A stretch of 63,412 nt of DNA, counting the filler, from Octopus bimaculoides (taxonomy: Eukaryota): NCBI RefSeq assembly GCF_001194135.2. It is 10 parts of 7 records of this genome, joined end to end, with 100 filler letters (N's around TTAATTAATTAA, not from the genome) between each part and the next. Parts side by side here need not be neighbours in the genome. Positions count along the whole stretch, not along the records: positions 62,294 to 63,412 come from NW_026391730.1; 9 more parts are not named here. One strand, 5' to 3'. Under the pieces are notes generated by a model that was not told the origin of the DNA, made no database searches, and worked only from the letters and a program-made list of their open reading frames with translations. The first letter of the stretch is position 1, and each line of letters starts with the position of its first letter. Of the stretch, positions 62,724 to 63,412 are shown one piece after another. The position numbers and the translations under genes were made by a program.

Positions 62724-63412
62724 AATAATATTGAGATAATAATGTTCTCATAAAAAAACAGTATGGTCTCTGTTTAAACGCCTTTGATCGTAGATCTTCT
62801 CGATCCGGGCTTGATCTGGGGGCGAGGCATCAACAACAACGACACTTGACAAATATTATTTTTTAAAAAAATATATAGTATTATGGCTAATGGACATGCG
62901 GTTGAAGCTCAAGCGTCAATCAATGAGACAATCAGATACAAATGGACAATCATCCATCCGTCCACCCAGCCATCCCTCCACTCATCCACCCACCCATCCA
63001 TCCATCCATCCATCCATCCATCCATCCAGACAAACAAACAGACAGACAGACAGACGGTTGGCCAGACGCCCAGACGGTGAGCTGGCCGACTAACTAGTCA
63101 ACCAGGCAAGTCAACCAGGCAGCCAGATAGACGGGCAGACAGACACGCAGATACGAATACGGACAGATGGATGGATACACAGACAAATTTTACATACCTT
63201 TCGCTTTCTGGTGATCTGATTAAGAAAATTCTAGATGCGAAACAGCAGGTTTCCCGCTGACAATGGAGCAATCGTTGACCTCTCACTGTGAACCCCTGAC
63301 ACGATCATCGGCCATTGCCTCTTTAACAAGCGTCGAAACACTCGATCCACGCATCCATCCAGCCATCCATCCAGCCATCCATCCACCACCACCACCACCA
63401 CCACCACCAACA

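Noticed and set aside
63210-63265. CTGATTA...GAAA-CAGC..GCTG-AC
   Set aside because: G8 and U16.1 are wrong; no stem I or II.

Overview
AT-rich, microsatellite-saturated, gap-rich (roughly a tenth is N) animal genomic DNA. It is most likely an octopus/coleoid cephalopod; this is inferred from the style of the C2H2 zinc-finger array, the repeat landscape and the SINE families. The only host-type coding sequence I recognise is a tandem C2H2 zinc-finger exon (56433-57576, +; 13 complete fingers plus 1 partial, 2 frameshifts, gaps at both ends). Almost everything else is transposon debris: tRNA-derived SINE families (about 15 copies of one family, 7 in head-to-tail arrays), Dong/R4-, Hero-, RTE-, CR1- and Tx1-like LINE fragments, Penelope-like relics, three mariners, a maT, a Tigger/pogo, a Merlin, a Helitron-like element and an internally deleted Gypsy element. 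Most ORFs in the supplied track are microsatellite or N artefacts. The most notable signals are two well-formed type I hammerhead ribozymes found by reading the sequence. One (57962-58015, +) has an intact core and a possible pseudoknot, and sits inside a ~420-nt inverted-repeat fold-back next to the ZNF exon. The other (47594-47691, -) has a 53-nt stem-II insert and lies just after a Penelope-like ORF end. Also notable is a ~555-bp orphan, (AAT)n-flanked element that is fused to a Dong/R4 reverse-transcriptase fragment in one copy.
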